A model generated the notes under the pieces. It ran no database searches and was not told where the DNA came from. It was given only the letters and a program-made list of their open reading frames with translations. Source: Octopus sinensis (lineage: Eukaryota). From it: 64,000 bases of DNA. Position 1 is the stretch's first letter. Every line of letters begins with the position of its first letter. Below are positions 37,110 through 50,863 of this stretch, piece after piece. The DNA lies in the NCBI RefSeq assembly GCF_006345805.1, contig NC_042999.1, positions 132,494,001-132,558,000 of the forward strand. Reading direction: 5' to 3'. Both the position numbers and the translations under genes were made by a program.

Positions 37110-38593
37110 ATGATATGCAGATCTTTCTATTTACTTTTTTTAATCATATTCACTGTGAAAAGTGAAAATAATGCATTTAATAGTATTGTGCAAAATATTT
37201 TGTCGGAATATAGTAATACAAGTTCAATCGACAAAAACTTTACTCCTTGGTTTTTTAAACAAATGATAGATTTCTTAAACTGTAGCCCTTTACCGGAATT
37301 AAACAACAGTAGAATACAATATATCATAAAATGGGAAGAACAAAAGATATCTCTGGAACAAAAATGCAACCGATATTTTGAAGCAAGCCGAGGCAATACG
37401 ACCGAGATTGTTTGTCGGAATGGTAAATGGAAGTATCAAGATATAAAATGTAAGTTAACAGCCTGCCCAATTTTTCATAAACCCGCTAATAGTTTCATGA
37501 CAAATGTTGCATATACATATAACTCTGTTGTTTACTTCTCATGCTTTTCTGGTTATTTTATGCGAGGAAACACTACAATACGTTGTCAAGAAAATAAACA
37601 GTGGACGTCTCTCCCACCAGTTTGTGAAACTACAAAATGTCTGCCACCGCATCCACCCAAATATGGCAGTGTTAACAATACAAATGAGGTTGAAATCTAC
37701 GGATCAATTTATTTCTTTTGTTCAAAACCATATAATCTGAAAGGTGAATCAGTGTTAACTTGTCTTCAAGACGGTCGTTGGAATTTTCCAACACCTGTAT
37801 GCACTTTGAATTGTGTTGTGCCTGAAATTGCTGGCAGAGTGGTGAATATTTCTGAAGGTACAATTTTAAAACCAAGAACCTTAATCAATGAAGGAGGAAA
37901 AGTGATATATTCTTGCAAACGATCTTTCATTCCTGTCGCGTATGGATTCGTTCGATGCTTTTCAGGTAAATGGTACCCAAACCTACAGTGCAGAAAAAGG
38001 TGTAAAATTGAAAAACTACATGGATTAAATTTTATTTTGTCACATAATTTTTCAGTTATTGAATATAGCTGTCCAGCAGAAGGAACTTTGTTCGGAGATT
38101 CTAAAAGAACCTGTTTAGAAAACGGACATGGAGTGGAAAACTTCCAGTTTGTGTTAAGAATTGCCAACTGTTACCTGAGATTGGTTTATATAGCTACCGA
38201 AATGAAGAAACGCAGCGATATCTTCCGTTTGGCAGCAGAGTCCCAGAAAATACGACAATTACCTATTCATGTCACTTTAATTATTCGAAGAACTCTAACA
38301 AGAGTGTGACGTGTACTAACGGTATTTTGACACCAAAACCAAGCTGTTACTATAAGAATAAAGTATACGTGAATAGAGCTAATACCCTTATGTTCAGAGA
38401 TACATCATCAATGCGTGTTTGTGGCGGAAATATTACTTGCAAATTTTTTGGGTACGGTGACGGATTTTGTAAATGGATAACGTGTAACGACTTGTTTCAT
38501 TGTGTTAGTGTACGTTTGAATAATGAAACATCTGAAGTATCTTTTGTGCCTTACTTTGGAACATGTTGCGGTTTGGCGTGCCATAAATCGTAA
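37110..38593 (+). pseudogene. Sushi-array gene copy 3, full length except one 1-bp deletion at ~38126 (recent pseudogene or assembly error)
   Basis: Frame 1 matches copy 1 up to CLENG; restoring one A (GGACA to GGAACA) gives TWSGKLPVC...CQLLPEIGLYSY...PKPSC...CCGLACHKS* with no further stop. Confidence 0.88.
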
Positions 38594-39493
38594 TATCAAA
38601 GTACTACCTATCATAAGCTTTATCCTACATAAAAGATATATATGCATGCGTAATTTGTCTTAAATGGAATGGAACATATTTCATATTTAACTACAGAACT
38701 ATAACACTGTAAGTGAAACAATCCTATTTTGTATTTTTACCAGGTTTCTTATTTGTTTTATATTCCCATAACTAACAGAAGGCATAATTATAAAATTAAA
38801 ATAATATTCAATCTTTAAAATAAGTGCATTTTACTTGATTGTGCTGTTGTTGGTGGTGATGGTGTTTTCTATATTTAAATGATCCTTCAATCTCACACGT
38901 TTTATCACTCGAGATATTGCTGGAAATGAACTATTTTCATTACATACTTATGCACAAATTTTGTTAAATTTCACAACATTCAACCACGCAGGGGCTATAG
39001 AATATAGATTTTGTTTGATGTTTTGAAACGAAAATATAATTGTGCCCCATACTCGTTTTGTATTAGAAGTGAATAGAAAGGGATTTAAGCGTATCCGAAT
39101 GTAACGTAAAGATGATTACGTAAACCGATCCATGGTTTGGTTAAAATAGCTTTTTGCTGAGGGTACGCATGAACAGATTGAGAATAAATTCCAAATATCA
39201 GGTTAAACTGCATTCAGCACGATGTTTCGATGCTGTATTGTGCACATTCATGTTTTTGCTCAATAGTTTTCAGTAAGATATATATACGTATACATCCATC
39301 CATCCATACATATATATATATATAGTGTTAATCCAAACAAGAAAACACAAAAAAACACAACAGCGCGAGGACGTGGAACAAATATAGTATTATTGGACGC
39401 TCAGGAAACATAGGAGAAGGAAAGATCCAGAGAAGGGAAGACAGAGGGAAAAAAAATCGCCAACGGTACACACGAGGTGTGTGTGTGTGTGAA

Positions 39494-39810
39494 GGCGCAT
39501 GGCTCAGTGGTTAGACCGTCGAGCTTACGATCGCGAGGTTGTGAGTTCGAATCCCGGACCGGGCTGCGCGTTGTGTTCTTGAGCAAGACACTTTATTTCA
39601 GGTTACTCCAGTTCACTCAGCTGTAGAAAATGGTTGTGACGTCAAAAGTGCCAAGCTGCATCAGCCCCTTTGCTTTTCCCTTGGATAACACTGGAGAGGG
39701 GAGACCGGTATGTATGAGCGGCTGCTGGTCTTCAATAAACAATCTTTCTCGGACTTGTGCCTGGGAAGGTAACTTTCTAGGTGCAATCCCATGGTCAGTC
39801 ATGACCGAAA
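39494..39810 (+). mobile_element. SINE family C, full length
   Basis: A-box GGCTCAGTGGTTAG, B-box GAGTTCGAATCC, then TTGAGCAAGACACTTTATTTC body. Confidence 0.85.
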
Positions 39811-40142
39811 GGGGTCTCAGCAGTGTGTGTGGTTGTATATATATATATATATATATATATTTCGTTTTTGTATTTGGTTATCATGATCATTTATGTGAAT
39901 TCGTGTGTTGAAGCATATTTTATTGTGTCTGTGGAGCGTCATTCTCCTTTAGTGCCTTATTATTTAACACACTCACCGATTCGATTTCCACTCATTTACT
40001 TATTTATTTTTTCTAAAATTTTCGTTGCACCTCGTAAACTTTTCAATAGTCGTTGACTCTGTCCGTTATCAGAGCTGGGTTCTTTTTGTGTGTGTTTGTG
40101 CGAATATGCATGTGTCAGTGTGCATGTGTATAAAAATATGTA

Positions 40143-40606
40143 TATATATAGTTGAAAATATCGTTATAGGTATAAATATACCATAAACAATTATAGAAAA
40201 ATGGAAGAGAAAAATATATTAAATCAAAATTAGATTTAATACAAAATAGGATTCAATATCTAATTTTGATTCAACATCTTTTTGTGCTCCATTTTTCTAT
40301 AATTATTTATGGTATATATATATACCCATAAGGCGGCGAGCTGGCAGAAACGTTAGCGCGCCGGGCGACATGCTCAGCAGTATATCGTCTGTCGCTACGT
40401 TCTGAGTTCAAATTCCGCCGAGGTCGACTTTGCCTTTCATCCTTTCGGGGTCGATAAATTAAGTACCACTGCCTCTACGCACTGGGGTCGATGTAATCGA
40501 CTTAATCCGTTTGTCTGTCCTTGTTTGTCCCCACTGTGTTTAGCCCCTTGTGGGTAATAAAGAAATAGGCATATATATATAGCCATAACAATATTTTTCA
40601 ACTACT
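40143..40606. mobile_element. AT-rich hairpin (MITE-like) interrupted by a SINE A copy at 40332-40569
   Basis: ATACCATAAACAATTATAGAAAAATGGA is inverted to TCCATTTTTCTATAATTATTTATGGTAT; outer arm resumes after the SINE; TATATATACCCATAA/TATATATAGCCATAA flank the SINE. Confidence 0.6.
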
Positions 40607-40744
40607 ATTTTCATATTTTTATTACTTGCTCTGGCTGTTTTTTTTATGAATATGATGAATCTTTATTAGAAATCATTCTTTCTCTCTTTTTGGATCTCTC
40701 AAAAAGTTTGAATTGCTCTCTTTTGAACTTATTTTGTCCCACAT

Positions 40745-41410
40745 ATGTATGTATGTATGTATGTATGTATTATGTATGTATGTATGTATGTATGTTGTAT
40801 GTATGTATGTATGTATGTAGTATGTATGTATGTATGTATGTATGTATGTATGTATGTATGTATGTGTATGTATGTATGTATTATGTATGTATGTAGTATG
40901 TATGTATGTATGTATGTATGTGTATGTATGTTGTATGTATGTATGTATGTATGTATGTATGTATGTATGTATGTATGTATGTATGTATGTATGTATGTAT
41001 GTATGTATGTATGTATGTATGTATGTATGTGTGTGTGTATGTATGTATGTATGTATGTATGTATGTATGTATGTATGGTATGTATGTATGTATGCATGCA
41101 TGCATGCATGTATGTATGTATGTATGTATGTATGTATGTATGTAGTATGTATGTATGTATGTATGTATGTATGCATGCATGCATGTATGTATGCATGCAT
41201 GTATGTATGTATGCATGTATGTATATATGCATGTATGTATGTATGCGTGTATATGCATGTATGTGTATGCATGTGTGTATGTATGTGTCTGCATGTATGT
41301 GTATGCACCCCAATACTCCAATACCCACAGTTTATACACAGGAAGAGTTGTTAGTAGACTGTTACGTAGATTTGTGTGTGTGTATGTGTGTGTGTGTGTG
41401 TGTATGTGTG
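40745..41410. repeat. (TATG)n/(TG)n compound microsatellite
   Basis: Direct reading. Confidence 0.98.
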
Positions 41411-41789
41411 TAAAATAAACAGATAGATGGTACATAGGTAATACAGAAAGACAAGCACGCACATACATACAACTCGCCTTGTATAAACTCATAAGAAAAA
41501 ACGTTGAAAGCCATCGCTAAATTCAAAACGGTCAAAGTGTATAGTATAAATACAATAAGACGTTATAATACATTAATATATTAAAAATATACTACATATA
41601 GTATAATATAGGCGGCTCCTTAGCAATTGAAACTTAAAGGCAAATTAATAAACAAGGGTACAAAATAGTAACGGCAGTCGCTAGAAATAAGAGTCAAAAC
41701 GACTCAAAATAGCCACACAGAGCACTAACGTCATGAATTGGCGGAAAGCAGGGAAGCAAGCTAAAGTACCTTTCCTCCGATTTCCGTCA

Positions 41790-43510
41790 AAATCAAATTC
41801 ACTCATCCGTCCACAACATCAACTTCACTCATCCATCCACAAAGAATCTCCAAGATTTCCTATCATTTATAAATTCTTTGCCTCTCTCACTCCAACACCT
41901 CTAACCACCAAAGCTTTCCTCACTCCATCCACACAAACCGAGGTCTGCATCTGGTTCTGCTGCCTACCACTTCCACCTTCATCACCCTTCTTACCATCCG
42001 CTCCTCATTCATTTTCTCCATGTGGCCAAACCACCTCAATATTTGTCTATCCATATTGGTTGTTGGTTTTTCTCTCATTCCTGCTCGCCTTCGCACCTCC
42101 TCATTCCTCATCCCGTCCCTCCGTGTCACACCAACCATAGCCTTCAAACATCTCATCTCCACAACACCTAGTCGCCTCCTTTCTGCCTCTGTCAGCCCCC
42201 ACGTCTCTACACCATATAACATTGTCGACACAATCACTCCTTCATACTCAACCTGTTATCTCTCAGCATACCTTTCACAACTCCAAGTATCTTACTCCTT
42301 TTCCTCACTCTATATCCCACTTCCTCAGCCAACCACCCATCCGCCGTCACATGTGATCGCTGATACTTAAAAACACTCACATTCTCTAACATCTCACCAC
42401 TTATACTCACATCCATCCTACCAGCCATTCCATCTCCTGAACATCTCATCACCTTACTCTTAGCTACATTCACTTTCAGTTTCCTCCTCTCACACACTCT
42501 TCCAAACTCTACGACCAGTCTCCTCAGTTGCTCTTCCGAATCCGCCACCAGTACTGTATCACCAGAAACAACAACTGACTCATCTGCCATTTCTCTCTAT
42601 TTTCTCCCACTATTTGGGCTCCCCTACCAAAGGTTCTAGCATTTACATCTCTCACTACACCATCCATATACAAATTAAACAACCACGGAGACATCACACA
42701 ACTGTCTTAACCCCATCTTCACATTAAACCACTCACTAACGCCTACCCTAACGCCCGCCTTAGTTTCTCTATAAAAATTCTGAACAGCTTTCAACAATCT
42801 ACCATCTACTCCAAACAACCGCAACACCTGCCACTTTGCATCCCTATCCACACGGTCATATGCTTTCTCTAGGTCTATAAAGGCCCTATACACCTCCCTC
42901 CCTTTTGCCAAAAACTTCTCACACATCTGCCTTCCTACAAATATTTGATCTGCACACCACCTTCCACCCCTAAAACCGCGCTACTCCTCTCCTTGTACAC
43001 TCTCTGTCTGGGTCCTTACCCTTACAATCAGAATTCTCACATACAGTTTACCAACCATACACAACAAACTTATATCCCTAAAATTTCCACATTCACATTT
43101 ATCCCCTTTCCCTTGTACAGTGGCACTATACAGGCACTGCACCAATCCATTGGTATACTTCCAGCCATGTAACAAACATTCATAAGCTTCACTAACCATT
43201 CAATATCTGTCACACCTCCTTTCCACTGTACACCCATCTATACCTAGCGCCTTCCGGTTTGCAATCTTCCGCAAGGATTCCCTCACCCCATCTTTCCAAT
43301 TGCACCGTAGTTCCATTCCCCAACAGCAGGCATTCTCCTCTCTCCTCCTACATCCACTATACTTGCCTCCCTAACATCCTCCACATTTAACAGCTCACTA
43401 AAATACTCTGCTCGTCTCCTTTGTGCACCCTCACTTCCTTTCAACAATTTTCCATTTACATCCTTTCTTCCCTTCCTCCAACCACCTTTCTTACCCTCTG
43501 TAACTCTTTG
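41790..43510 (-). mobile_element. RTE-clade LINE, decayed ORF2 (RT) fragment
   Basis: FIDLEKAYDRVDR, DTVLVADSEEQLRRLV, KVNVAKSKVM, MLYGVETW, EMRCLKAMVGVTRRD across frameshifts. Confidence 0.9.
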
Positions 43511-43519
43511 CAAATATAT

Positions 43520-43715
43520 CCGGCATCCGCTATGATAGATCTCTAGCCACTACACATTCTTTATTTTGTCTCCCTGTTTCTTTCTGTATTCCTTTCTGTG
43601 GAAGAGCGTAGGCTCGAAACCATAAAGACTTTGTCACTTCCCTAGCGTTAAACTAATACATCTGTTTGTTGTCTACACTACCTGTCTTCGTCTTTTGTTT
43701 TTTTGTGAATTCTCC
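43520..43715 (+). mobile_element. Penelope-like terminal repeat fragment with variant hammerhead at 43592-43627
   Basis: CTTT-CTGTGGA-A-GAGCGTAGGCTC-GAAAC; homologous to 15100-15260. Confidence 0.6.
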
Positions 43716-43718
43716 CTA

Positions 43719-43771
<53 letters not shown>

Positions 43772-43774
43772 ACT

Positions 43775-44055
43775 GACACTCCGTTGGATGGAGGTTCCAG
43801 TTGATCTTGTCAACGGAACAGCTTGCTCGCGAAGTTAACTTGCATGTGGTTGAGCACACTACAGACGCGCGTATCCGTAACCTGGTTCTCCGGGAGATTC
43901 AGCGTGACACAGAATGTGACAGGGCCGGCCCTTTGTATCACAGGTACTACTCGCTTTTGCCAGCTAAGTAGACTGGAGCAACGTGAAATAAAGTATCTTA
44001 CTCAAAGACACAACGCATCACCGGGAATCGAACTCATGACCTTATGATCGTGAGC
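43775..44055 (-). mobile_element. SINE family C
   Basis: Matches 1400-1700. Confidence 0.8.
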
Positions 44056-44220
44056 CGATTATATATATCTTCATCCGATGAAGGCTAGTAAACCGAAATT
44101 TCAAAGTCACCATTACCACTTCTTGTAAAAGTACCACACACACTCACGCAAATACGCCTATGTCTGAGTATATATATATATATATATATATAAATTAAAA
44201 CAGATTAGGAGATCGAAAAT

Positions 44221-44263
44221 CCACCTGACGAATGTCATTGAAGACATGAAACGATTGTAGTGG
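44221..44263 (+). ncRNA. Canonical minimal type I hammerhead ribozyme
   Basis: Stem I CCAC/GTGG, core CTGACGA, stem II ATGTC/GACAT, GAAAC-GATT-GTA cleavage triplet (cut after 44259); all core positions intact. Confidence 0.75.
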
Positions 44264-44465
44264 CGGTTTATTTCTTTATATTAAAAATTTTTATGTATTG
44301 ATTAAGTCTTTCCTTGTTTGTTTTGCAAAATAGTGGTTTTGTCTCGAATTAATATTATATAATATTTTACTATAAAATTGGATTTAATCCTAAATCTGAT
44401 TTTTTCCCTGTAAATTTGGATTTATTCCCTAATATTTATTATTATATATATATATATATATATAC

Positions 44466-44707
44466 AATTGCAGCGTGCAAGGTGTTTATAAGCCATTTAA
44501 GAAACACACAAAACCGTTAGATTCGTGCTGCACGAAGCTTTGTCAGTGAACAGGTCGCGGTCTCAAAGCGACTAAAAATATTTTGACAAATTAAATTTAA
44601 ATGTTGAAGTGAATCTAACGGTCTTGTGTGTTTTTTAAACGCTGCAATTGTTTTCGTTCCAGCACACGATCTCAGATCAAGTCACTCGCTATGCAAGTAC
44701 ATCTCCG

Positions 44708-44710
<3 letters not shown>
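44466..44710. mobile_element. Deleted copy of the foldback/MITE also at 63370-63757
   Basis: Shares TTGCAGCGTG...AAGAAACAC arms and the outer GCAAGTACATCTCCGTA end. Confidence 0.75.
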
Positions 44711-44776
<66 letters not shown>

Positions 44777-44989
44777 ATATATATATCATATATTTATATA
44801 TCATATATTTATATTTGTACATGTCTTATACATACGTATGTGTGTGTGTATGTGTGTGCATGCATTTATCCATATATGTACGCAAATATGTGTAAATACA
44901 CAAGAATATATGTATGTCTGCATATATATGCAATTGCATCGTAAAATTCTCATTTTAACCGTTTACATATACCCCAGATTTGTTGTCCT

Positions 44990-45320
44990 TATTTTTGTCT
45001 ATTTCTTTCCAGTATGCTCTGCTATAAAGTTCCCACGATTTTCGTCATGCTTTTATGCTTCAGTGACCTCGTTTCTTTTACAATTCCCCTGCGTCTCATT
45101 AAATTTAACAGTGTGTTCTTAAATTTTTAGAATGTCTGTTCAGCGGCAAAATTTCACTTACAACACATATCAGCTTACGTCTGTTGCCAAACAGCTATCA
45201 CCGACATGGCTCCTGTAAACCCAGATCTAGTGGAGGAGGGTAGGGAACTTTCTTCTTATCATCCACTAATGTATGTGAGAAAGCAATGTCGTTGCCCTAG
45301 ATATCAGCAAAGCTTTAGAC
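44990..45320 (+). mobile_element. CR1/jockey-type RT fragment, inverted paralogue of 16600-16920
   Basis: GATATCAGCAAAGCTTTAGAC (DISKALD) at ~45300; marks the far end of the inverted duplication unit. Confidence 0.7.
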
Positions 45321-45633
45321 CAGTGGTCCATATGGCCCCTGATAGTTCATATAAAAATTTTGGGGTTCCACGAAATAAAATAGTAAACTGAGGATCTGAA
45401 AAATTTTTGCTTCAGATGTATTTATTGGTATTTATTGCAAGAAACAGCTAGGTTTCTTTCTCTAGCATTTTATATAATTCAACCTACACAAGTTAATGTG
45501 TGAAAAACAAAATAGGAATTTTGAAAGAAGTTTCTATAAAACTAGCTTTTAAACATCGAATGGCTAGCGGGGTCCGCCAGAATAAAACAGTAATCAAAGG
45601 AGTCCATAAATAAAAATTGGTTGACAATCCTTG
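45321..45633. mobile_element. hAT-type MITE
   Basis: Starts CAGTGG, ends GGTTGACAATCCTTG; 8-bp TSD CTTTAGAC (45313-45320) / CTTTAGAT (45634-45641). Confidence 0.6.
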
Positions 45634-46099
45634 CTTTAGATTGTGTCTAGTATGAGTCTAGTCTATATGCTTCGTCACTCTCTCTCTCAATCTTAACGCT
45701 GGTATCTATTCAGATCGCACTGACCATTCAAATCACACTCTCGCAGTGCGTTCTCCGCTTTCTTCTCTCTTAAACATCTCTCACCTGTTTACCTTTCCGT
45801 TCAATTCCTGCACAGATAAACCTATCCTTCAGTCCTTCCCAATTTCCCCCAGCTATACACGTTCAGCCTGTAATCTTGACTACGCCAGCAGATATAGATT
45901 GATTTTCGTTATTTTTCCTCTCTGCCTGCGTGGATTGTTTTCAAGTACTTTGGTTTTCTGGGAGTCCCCTTTTTAAAGTAGAAGAAATAGCTAAGGTTTT
46001 TTGGTTGCTATTTCTAAACGTCGGTATGTGGTAAAGCAAATCTTTGCTGAACCCTTATTATAAAGTATTACTTAAGTTTACCGTGAAATGGTCCTTTTT

Positions 46100-46872
46100 C
46101 ACGCCGAATTCTACTCGGTGAAATTATTGATTACTTCTTAATTAATTAATTTTACCCTTTGTTACTGAACATACCGCTTCTGATACAGACGATCGGGAGC
46201 CCTTTTAGGCGTTCTAATTTCCTTGCTGGAAGGGTTCCCAACCCATGGGCAAAGGAGGGGTAGATGATGGGGTGATGTTTTCAGAAGGGCTCTGTCGATC
46301 AAACTCCCAACCCATGCGCTCCCGTCGGGACACTGATTCTTTAGAACTGGGTTGGGTGTGAAAACCAACTTTAAAGTATAAATATTGATGTTTTTGAATC
46401 AGCAATGTTATGTTCGGTTAAGTCCTATTTGGGGTGAAAAATCAATAAACTGCTTCCTTATTGGCTTTTCCATTTAATCAGGGTAAAAAAATCGATAGAC
46501 CGATTCCTTATAGGTCTTCCCACTATAATTGGGTACACCCCATTTTCAACCATAACTTTTACCAATTTTGATGTATTTTGTTCAAACATGATGCCAGCAT
46601 TACTTATGACTCATAGGATCTTTGAATGCTTTAAGTTCTCCAAAAACCAAAAAAAAAAAAAACATCGATGAGCGGAAAAAAATCGATAAACCGATTCTTT
46701 ATGGGATTTCCCAATCAAATTGTCTGCAACTCATTTTCAGCCAAAAGTTTACCAATTTCAACGGATTTCGCTCAAATTTGACGTCGATATTACTTAGTTT
46801 GGTTTGAAATAAAGAGCTTGATTAGCTTAATAATCTTAACTTAATCCCAAGCAAAGCCGGGCTATACTGCTA

Positions 46873-46874
<2 letters not shown>
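46100..46874 (+). mobile_element. Possible non-autonomous Helitron (3' end supported, 5' end uncertain)
   Basis: Ends in GC-rich GCAAAGCCGGGC, a short spacer, then CTAG (46870-46873) followed by T. Confidence 0.4.
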
Positions 46875-46920
<46 letters not shown>

Positions 46921-46926
<6 letters not shown>

Positions 46927-47492
46927 AATTTATATATGAGGATAATATCGATATTTAAGTATCAAATTATCAAGTGGCCAGCATGAAAAAAATACCTTAC
47001 AAAGGTAAAAAATTTTTTAACAATTAAAAATTAGGGTGTCTAAAAGACACCAACATGCCGAAATAGCAGTCGAAATTCTGACTATAAAACCACGTTAAAT
47101 GTTCATATCGTACCATGAGGTAAAGCGGAGGGACAAAACATACAAGCAAAAATTATTGAATAATTCAAGATCCAAGGATTTCTGGTTCTGCTTTAAATAA
47201 GCTTTACCGTCATCAATTGAATATATCAAGGGTACATAAATACAGATATATATATGCACAGCAAACGATATACTTACATATACGAGCGTCGCACATACAT
47301 ACATATGCACGTATGGACATAGCCATTTGAATTGCCCGCCAAATCACCGCATAAATACGATATGGTTAAAATAAGCACCGCAGTGAATATAATAACGAAT
47401 TATATAAATTTATATATGAGGATAATATCGATATTTAAGTATCAAATTATCAAGTGGCCAGCATGAAAAAAATACCTTACAAAGGTAAAAAA
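46921..47492 (+). repeat. ~90-bp direct repeats (46921-47012 and 47401-47492)
   Basis: TATATAAATTTATATATGAGGATAATATCG...CCTTACAAAGGTAAAAA present twice, essentially identical. Confidence 0.9.
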
Positions 47493-47494
47493 TG

Positions 47495-48120
47495 TTTAAA
47501 GCGTTTAGAGTGGAGTAAAAAGCCTATAGAATTGGTTCCTAGAGCAGTGGAAGAATGTTATTTTCTTGGTCGGGTTATCCTTTACCTTATTTCGGACCAC
47601 TGACCGAGTATACATGTGGAGACAGCCAAAAGAAGCATTTGGGCCAGACTGCCTTCTTGCAACATGGAGGAGGATCTGTGATGAACTAGGGAGCGAGCTA
47701 TATCTTGGAAATCCGCCGGCCCAATGGTTTCCCTTCATGGCAGAATAAATAGTCAAGACTATTTAAGCATTTTATCTGATTAAATTTATCATATGGTTGC
47801 GGAACTGTTTCTGGAGGGAAACGCAATCTTTCAGGATGATAATGCACCAATTCACACAGCTAGAGTTGTTACTGAATGGTACGAGGAACATTCTAGTGAA
47901 GTTGAACGTCTTATCTGGCTACCACAGTCCCCAGATCTCAATATTATTGAACATTTATGGTGCATTTTAGAAAAGCAAGTAAGGAGTCGATATCCTCCAC
48001 CATCATCACTACAAGAATTGGAGACTGTATTAGCTGAAGAATGGACAAAAATTCCATTGGAAACAATTCAAACTTTGTACGAGTCCATACCTTGTAGAAC
48101 TATTTTGCCCCCCCCCGTAT
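47495..48120 (+). mobile_element. Tc1 transposase 3' fragment
   Basis: IFQDDNAPIHTAR...WLPQSPDLNIIEHLW (DD34E region) and TIR-like ending CTATTTTGCCCCCCCCGTA. Confidence 0.9.
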
Positions 48121-48138
48121 ATAATATATGTATATATA

Positions 48139-48198
<60 letters not shown>

Positions 48199-48234
48199 AT
48201 GTGTGTGTATCTGTCTGTCTCTGTGTGTGTATGT

Positions 48235-48420
48235 GTTTGTCCCCCCCACCAACATCGCTGGTGTGTTTACGTCTCCGCAATCTAGCGGTTCGGCAAAAGG
48301 AATCGATAGAATAAGTACTGAGCTTACAGAGAATAAGCCCTGGGGTCGATTTGCTCGACTAAAGGCTGTACTCCTGCGTGCTCGCAGTCAAATTCCTGAA
48401 ACAAGTAAACGAGCAAAAGA
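48235..48420 (+). mobile_element. SINE family B 3' half
   Basis: Matches 9810-9990. Confidence 0.75.
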
Positions 48421-48639
48421 GTACAGGACAAAACAGAGAATGTGCATGTGTGTGTGTGTGAGTGAGTGTGTGTTGTTGTGAGGGTTTTGCGTGTAAACAA
48501 GATTAACAAAATTTAAAAAATAAGGAACAAATCGACAATGTGTAATCCTCAAAAGGGAGATATTCGAGGGCTGTTCATGGAAAAAACCCATAAAAAAAAA
48601 CCCATGGGTACACTGACTTTTGGGACAGGTGCCTTTTCA

Positions 48640-49175
48640 AATTTTTCCACAAGGGCAGCAATTTTCGGAGACGGGACGGGTCGATTACGTCGATCCTAGT
48701 GCAGTAACTGGCACTTAACTTATCAACCCCGAAAGGATGAAAGACAGTCAACCTCGGCGGAATTTGAATTCAGAACGTAAGGACGGACGAAATATGTTAA
48801 ATGTATGCTATATACTTATCTCATTCTTCTGTCAAGCGCCTCTTTTTGAGAAACATTTTGAGTGCTTCCAAATCTTCTGACTGTTTCCTCAGACCAGATC
48901 TTCCCACGTGGTGGGCAAAGGTGAAGAAATGCTTTCTTTGAAAACGTCACAACTGAACGAAATCGTTTTGTTCGATTATTCGATTTGGATATAAATTAAT
49001 GTTATTTATTTAGCTTTGATCTGAATCGAAATGAATTGTAAAAGATGAAGGCTGCATGGTGGGAGAAAAAAAAAAAAAAGATGGAGGGAAAAGAACCGGG
49101 AGAGAATTTCTTTGGAGGTAGTGAGAAATAAGGCATTACGCCCGGTGTGCTAACGGTTCTGCAAGCTCGCCGCCC
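48640..49175 (-). mobile_element. SINE family A split by a ~340-bp insertion (48795-49133)
   Basis: Head at 49134-49175, body at 48640-48794; the insert recurs inverted at 50988-51321. Confidence 0.75.
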
Positions 49176-49197
49176 TTCAACAACAACGACGACGACG

Positions 49198-49261
<64 letters not shown>

Positions 49262-49262
49262 T

Positions 49263-49321
<59 letters not shown>

Positions 49322-49537
49322 GATAATAATAATAAAGTAAAAGTTCACCAAACAAAAAATTTGTATTTGTTATATGGGCTGGCATCTTGTTGGATATTTA
49401 TTTCGAGTGTTATTCAATGGAAATCTCTGCAGCTTAACGTACTTTGACGCCCTATCCAATCGTGGGTGAGAGGCAGATTAAATGTTGAAAATCTTTTAAA
49501 GATGACTCTCATATATATATGTATATATATATATATG

Positions 49538-49570
<33 letters not shown>

Positions 49571-49630
49571 CTATGTATATGTAGTATATATTATATATAT
49601 ATATATATTATATATATATATATATGTATA

Positions 49631-49661
<31 letters not shown>

Positions 49662-50199
49662 AAATATTTTATATATGTATGTATCTATACTATATGTGTG
49701 TGTGTGTATGAATGTAGTGTATGTATCTCTATATATGTATGTGAGTATATATATAGATATGTACCATTGTTTCTTACATAAGCCAGACTTGCTGTCTCCA
49801 TGTTACAGTGATGCTTTGCTTAAATGTACTGTATGTATATGTTAACGATAGGAAACGCATCTAATCTGTGTGTGATGTGCTTTAAAAGCTTGAATTCGAT
49901 ACTTTCACCCTGACATTTCTCCTGTGAGACTTTCTCTTACGAAACTACTGCACGTTTATAATTCAACTGTGTTTTCGGAATCACTTCCTGTTATAGACTC
50001 TGTCAATCTTGTTGGATTAAATTCCCTCTGACCTCTTCCATTGCTTTTACCAATAAAAATCTGCATATACAAACCATTGTCTCTCATTTCTAGCCGTCTT
50101 CCCCATTCTCCTCATTTTTCTTTATTTTTTTTTTGTTTTGTTTATAATTCATATATCAATTTGTTTTATTTCTTTCAAGTTCTATTTCTTCCTTATTTA

Positions 50200-50203
50200 A
50201 TTT

Positions 50204-50259
<56 letters not shown>

Positions 50260-50306
50260 TTTTCTTCTTTCTTTCTTTCTTTCTTTCTCTTTTCTCTTTT
50301 CTTTTT

Positions 50307-50350
<44 letters not shown>

Positions 50351-50831
50351 TTTTCTTCTCTTTTCTTTTCTTTTTCTTTCTTTCTTTCTTTCTTTCTTTC
50401 TCTTTTCTCTTTTCTTTTTTCTTTCTTCCTTTCTTTCTTTCTTTCTTTTTTTCTTTCTTTCTTTCTTTCTTTTTCTCTTTTCTTTTTTCTTTCCTTTTCT
50501 GTCTTTCTTCTTTTCTTTCATCTGTCCTTCCTTTCTTACCCACTTTCCTTCCCTCCTTCCTTCCTTTTTCCTTCATTCTGTCCTTTATTTCTTTGTTTGT
50601 TTCTTCCTTTCTTTCTTCATTTCTTCCTTTTCTCCCTTCGTTTCTTTGTTCGTTCGTTTCTTCCTTCCTTACTCTAATTCTCCCTTGTCTTTCTTCCTGC
50701 CTTTCATTCATTCATTCATTCATTCATTCATTTATTCAATCATTTAATTCTTTCGCTCTTTCTTCTCTCTTTTTTCTTTCTTTATTCATTTCTTCCTTGT
50801 CTTTCTATCTGTCTTTCATTCAATCTTTCCT

Positions 50832-50863
<32 letters not shown>

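Noticed and set aside
39494-39570. tRNA gene candidates at SINE heads (also 9611, 226, 63281)
   Set aside because: A/B boxes present but no closed acceptor stem, and each continues into a repeat body.
44070-44105. CCGATGAAGGC...CCGAAA hammerhead-like string
   Set aside because: Core, stem II and cleavage triplet all imperfect.
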